Origin: an uncultured Erysipelotrichaceae bacterium | GTDB lineage: Bacteria > Bacillota_I > Bacilli_A > Erysipelotrichales > Erysipelotrichaceae | Reading direction: 5' to 3' | Assembly: GCA_964622375.1 (NCBI GenBank) | Contig: CAZUQA010000036.1 | Coordinates: forward strand, 24,811-48,810 | Length of the DNA: 24,000 bases | Shown: piece after piece, positions 22,859-24,000 of the stretch | Numbering within the stretch: the stretch's first letter is position 1 | How the letters are laid out: each line of letters begins with the position of its first letter | Made by a program: the position numbers and the translations under genes | The notes under the pieces: generated by a model | What the model saw: only the letters and a program-made list of their open reading frames with translations | Told to the model about the DNA's origin: nothing | Database searches by the model: none

Positions 22859-23932
22859 ATGGCGAAAAGAAGAAGACTGAAAAAAGGAGCATGGCCTATA
22901 CTAATTGCCCTACTGATAGCAGTAGTTACTTTGGTCACGTTTTTGGTGCTGTTCATTGTCAAACAGATCGGTTTAGCCGGGGTGAAAATAAGCTTTGTTG
23001 ACAAAAAGAGCACAGTTGAAGTCAACACGGTAATCGATACGGCGACCATGGTGGAAAGTTCTTCCGGCTTGGTGGATTATCCGCCATTTGCCAATGATGA
23101 GTTAGGCGAATTTGTCTTGGAGTTTAAAGTCACCAATGCCAATGGCTACAGTAAAGTCTTCAAACACAGTGTTAAGGTCGTAGATACTACAGCACCGGAA
23201 CTCTTTTTAAAAACCAAATTAGTAGTGATCGATGAACTACCGGATTATCAGGATATTGTTATCGGGAAAGCTCTTGATAATTACTATGGTTATCTCGATG
23301 TTCAATATCGTGGCAAAGTTGAAGATAAACCGGGTATCTATGAAATTGTCTATTTCGCCGAAGATGCCGCCGGTAACAAGGCTGAAGTAAAAACTTTCTA
23401 TTTTTATCAACTGACACCGGAGAATATGACAGAAGTTTTTTCGCTCAATAATATCATAATCGCCAACAAGAAAGTACCTTTACCTAAAGCTTATAGTCCG
23501 GGACGGGATTCTAAGGCTGATTTGATGATGTCCAATATGAAAAAAGAAGCAGCGCGTCAAGGTTATGAGTTGACTGAAGTTTCGGTATTCCGTAACTACA
23601 GTGAGCAACAAAAACTCTACAACAGCTCGTTAGCCAATAACCTGGAAAACAATACGGAAAAATATGTCGCTCCGGCTGGCCACTCAGAACATCAAACCGG
23701 TTTAGCCTATGACTTGACAGATGGTACCAGTAACTTCGCTAAATCAGCGGCTTTTTATTGGTTATTGGACAACTGTGCCGAATATGGTTTTATTTTGCGT
23801 TATCCTGAGGGCAAAGAGAGTATCACCGGCTATGCTTTTGAGCCTTGGCATTTCCGTTATGTCGGTGTAGTGGCTGCACGCCAGATAATGGAGAACCAGC
23901 TTACTTTAGAAGAGTATTTAGGTATCGAATAG
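22859..23932 (+). CDS. Membrane-anchored D-alanyl-D-alanine carboxypeptidase (VanY / peptidase M15B) with an Ig-like middle domain
   Basis: An N-terminal TM anchor (WPILIALLIAVVTLVTFLVLFIV). The middle block VVDTTAPEL...PGIYEIVYFAEDAAGNKA resembles bacterial Ig-like (DUF5011-type) domains. The C-terminus has SEHQTGLAYDL and EPWHFRYVG, the Zn ligands of VanY. Confidence 0.85.
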   Translation: MAKRRRLKKGAWPILIALLIAVVTLVTFLVLFIVKQIGLAGVKISFVDKKSTVEVNTVIDTATMVESSSGLVDYPPFANDELGEFVLEFKVTNANGYSKVFKHSVKVVDTTAPELFLKTKLVVIDELPDYQDIVIGKALDNYYGYLDVQYRGKVEDKPGIYEIVYFAEDAAGNKAEVKTFYFYQLTPENMTEVFSLNNIIIANKKVPLPKAYSPGRDSKADLMMSNMKKEAARQGYELTEVSVFRNYSEQQKLYNSSLANNLENNTEKYVAPAGHSEHQTGLAYDLTDGTSNFAKSAAFYWLLDNCAEYGFILRYPEGKESITGYAFEPWHFRYVGVVAARQIMENQLTLEEYLGIE

Positions 23933-23936
23933 TTAA

Positions 23937-24000
23937 GCCCCTATAGTTAAATGGATATAACGAGCCCCTCCTAAGGGCTAGTTACAAGTTCGATTCTTGT
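23937..24000 (+). tRNA. tRNA-Arg (anticodon CCU), 3' acceptor strand cut off by the window end
   Basis: Manual cloverleaf. Acceptor GCCCCTA. D arm GTTA/TAAC with a GG-containing loop. Anticodon stem AGCCC/GGGCT with loop CTCCTAA (CCT at 23970-23972). 4-nt variable loop. T arm ACAAG-TTCGATT-CTTGT ending at 24000. Confidence 0.85.

Noticed and set aside
1-24000. Mobile elements, CRISPR arrays, prophage or defence islands
   Set aside because: I saw no transposase, integrase or Cas-like ORFs, no terminal inverted repeats, and no regularly spaced direct repeats. Gene content is metabolic or housekeeping, with uniform composition by eye.

Overview
The window looks like a chromosomal segment of a low/mid-GC Gram-positive-type (Bacillota or Mollicutes-like) anaerobe using the standard genetic code. 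I support 25 protein-coding genes and one tRNA cut by the 3' edge. I see no IS element, integrase, CRISPR array or long repeat. Left to right: a 5'-truncated glutathionylspermidine-synthase-family ATP-grasp ligase with an unrecognisable 254-aa partner; an unlisted 43-aa membrane peptide; a Crp/Fnr regulator divergent from an S-component-like membrane protein; an unlisted 40-aa rubredoxin; a tight pncA-pncB-yjjI-yjjW operon; a BMP-lipoprotein nucleoside-type ABC importer followed by a SagB-type nitroreductase; a CDP-alcohol phosphatidyltransferase; an FtsB/DivIC-like protein; an ABC ATPase with a 627-634 aa polytopic membrane partner; gpmI; a 360-nt unassigned gap; tmk-holB-ricT-rsmI; an anchored VanY-type carboxypeptidase; and tRNA-Arg(CCU). 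The best candidate for something undescribed is the coupling of nicotinamide-salvage genes to an orphan YjjI/YjjW glycyl-radical enzyme pair. Second is the ATP-grasp ligase plus unknown partner at the left edge. All family calls rest on motifs I recognise by eye, since no searches were run. Promoter and terminator calls are pattern-based.
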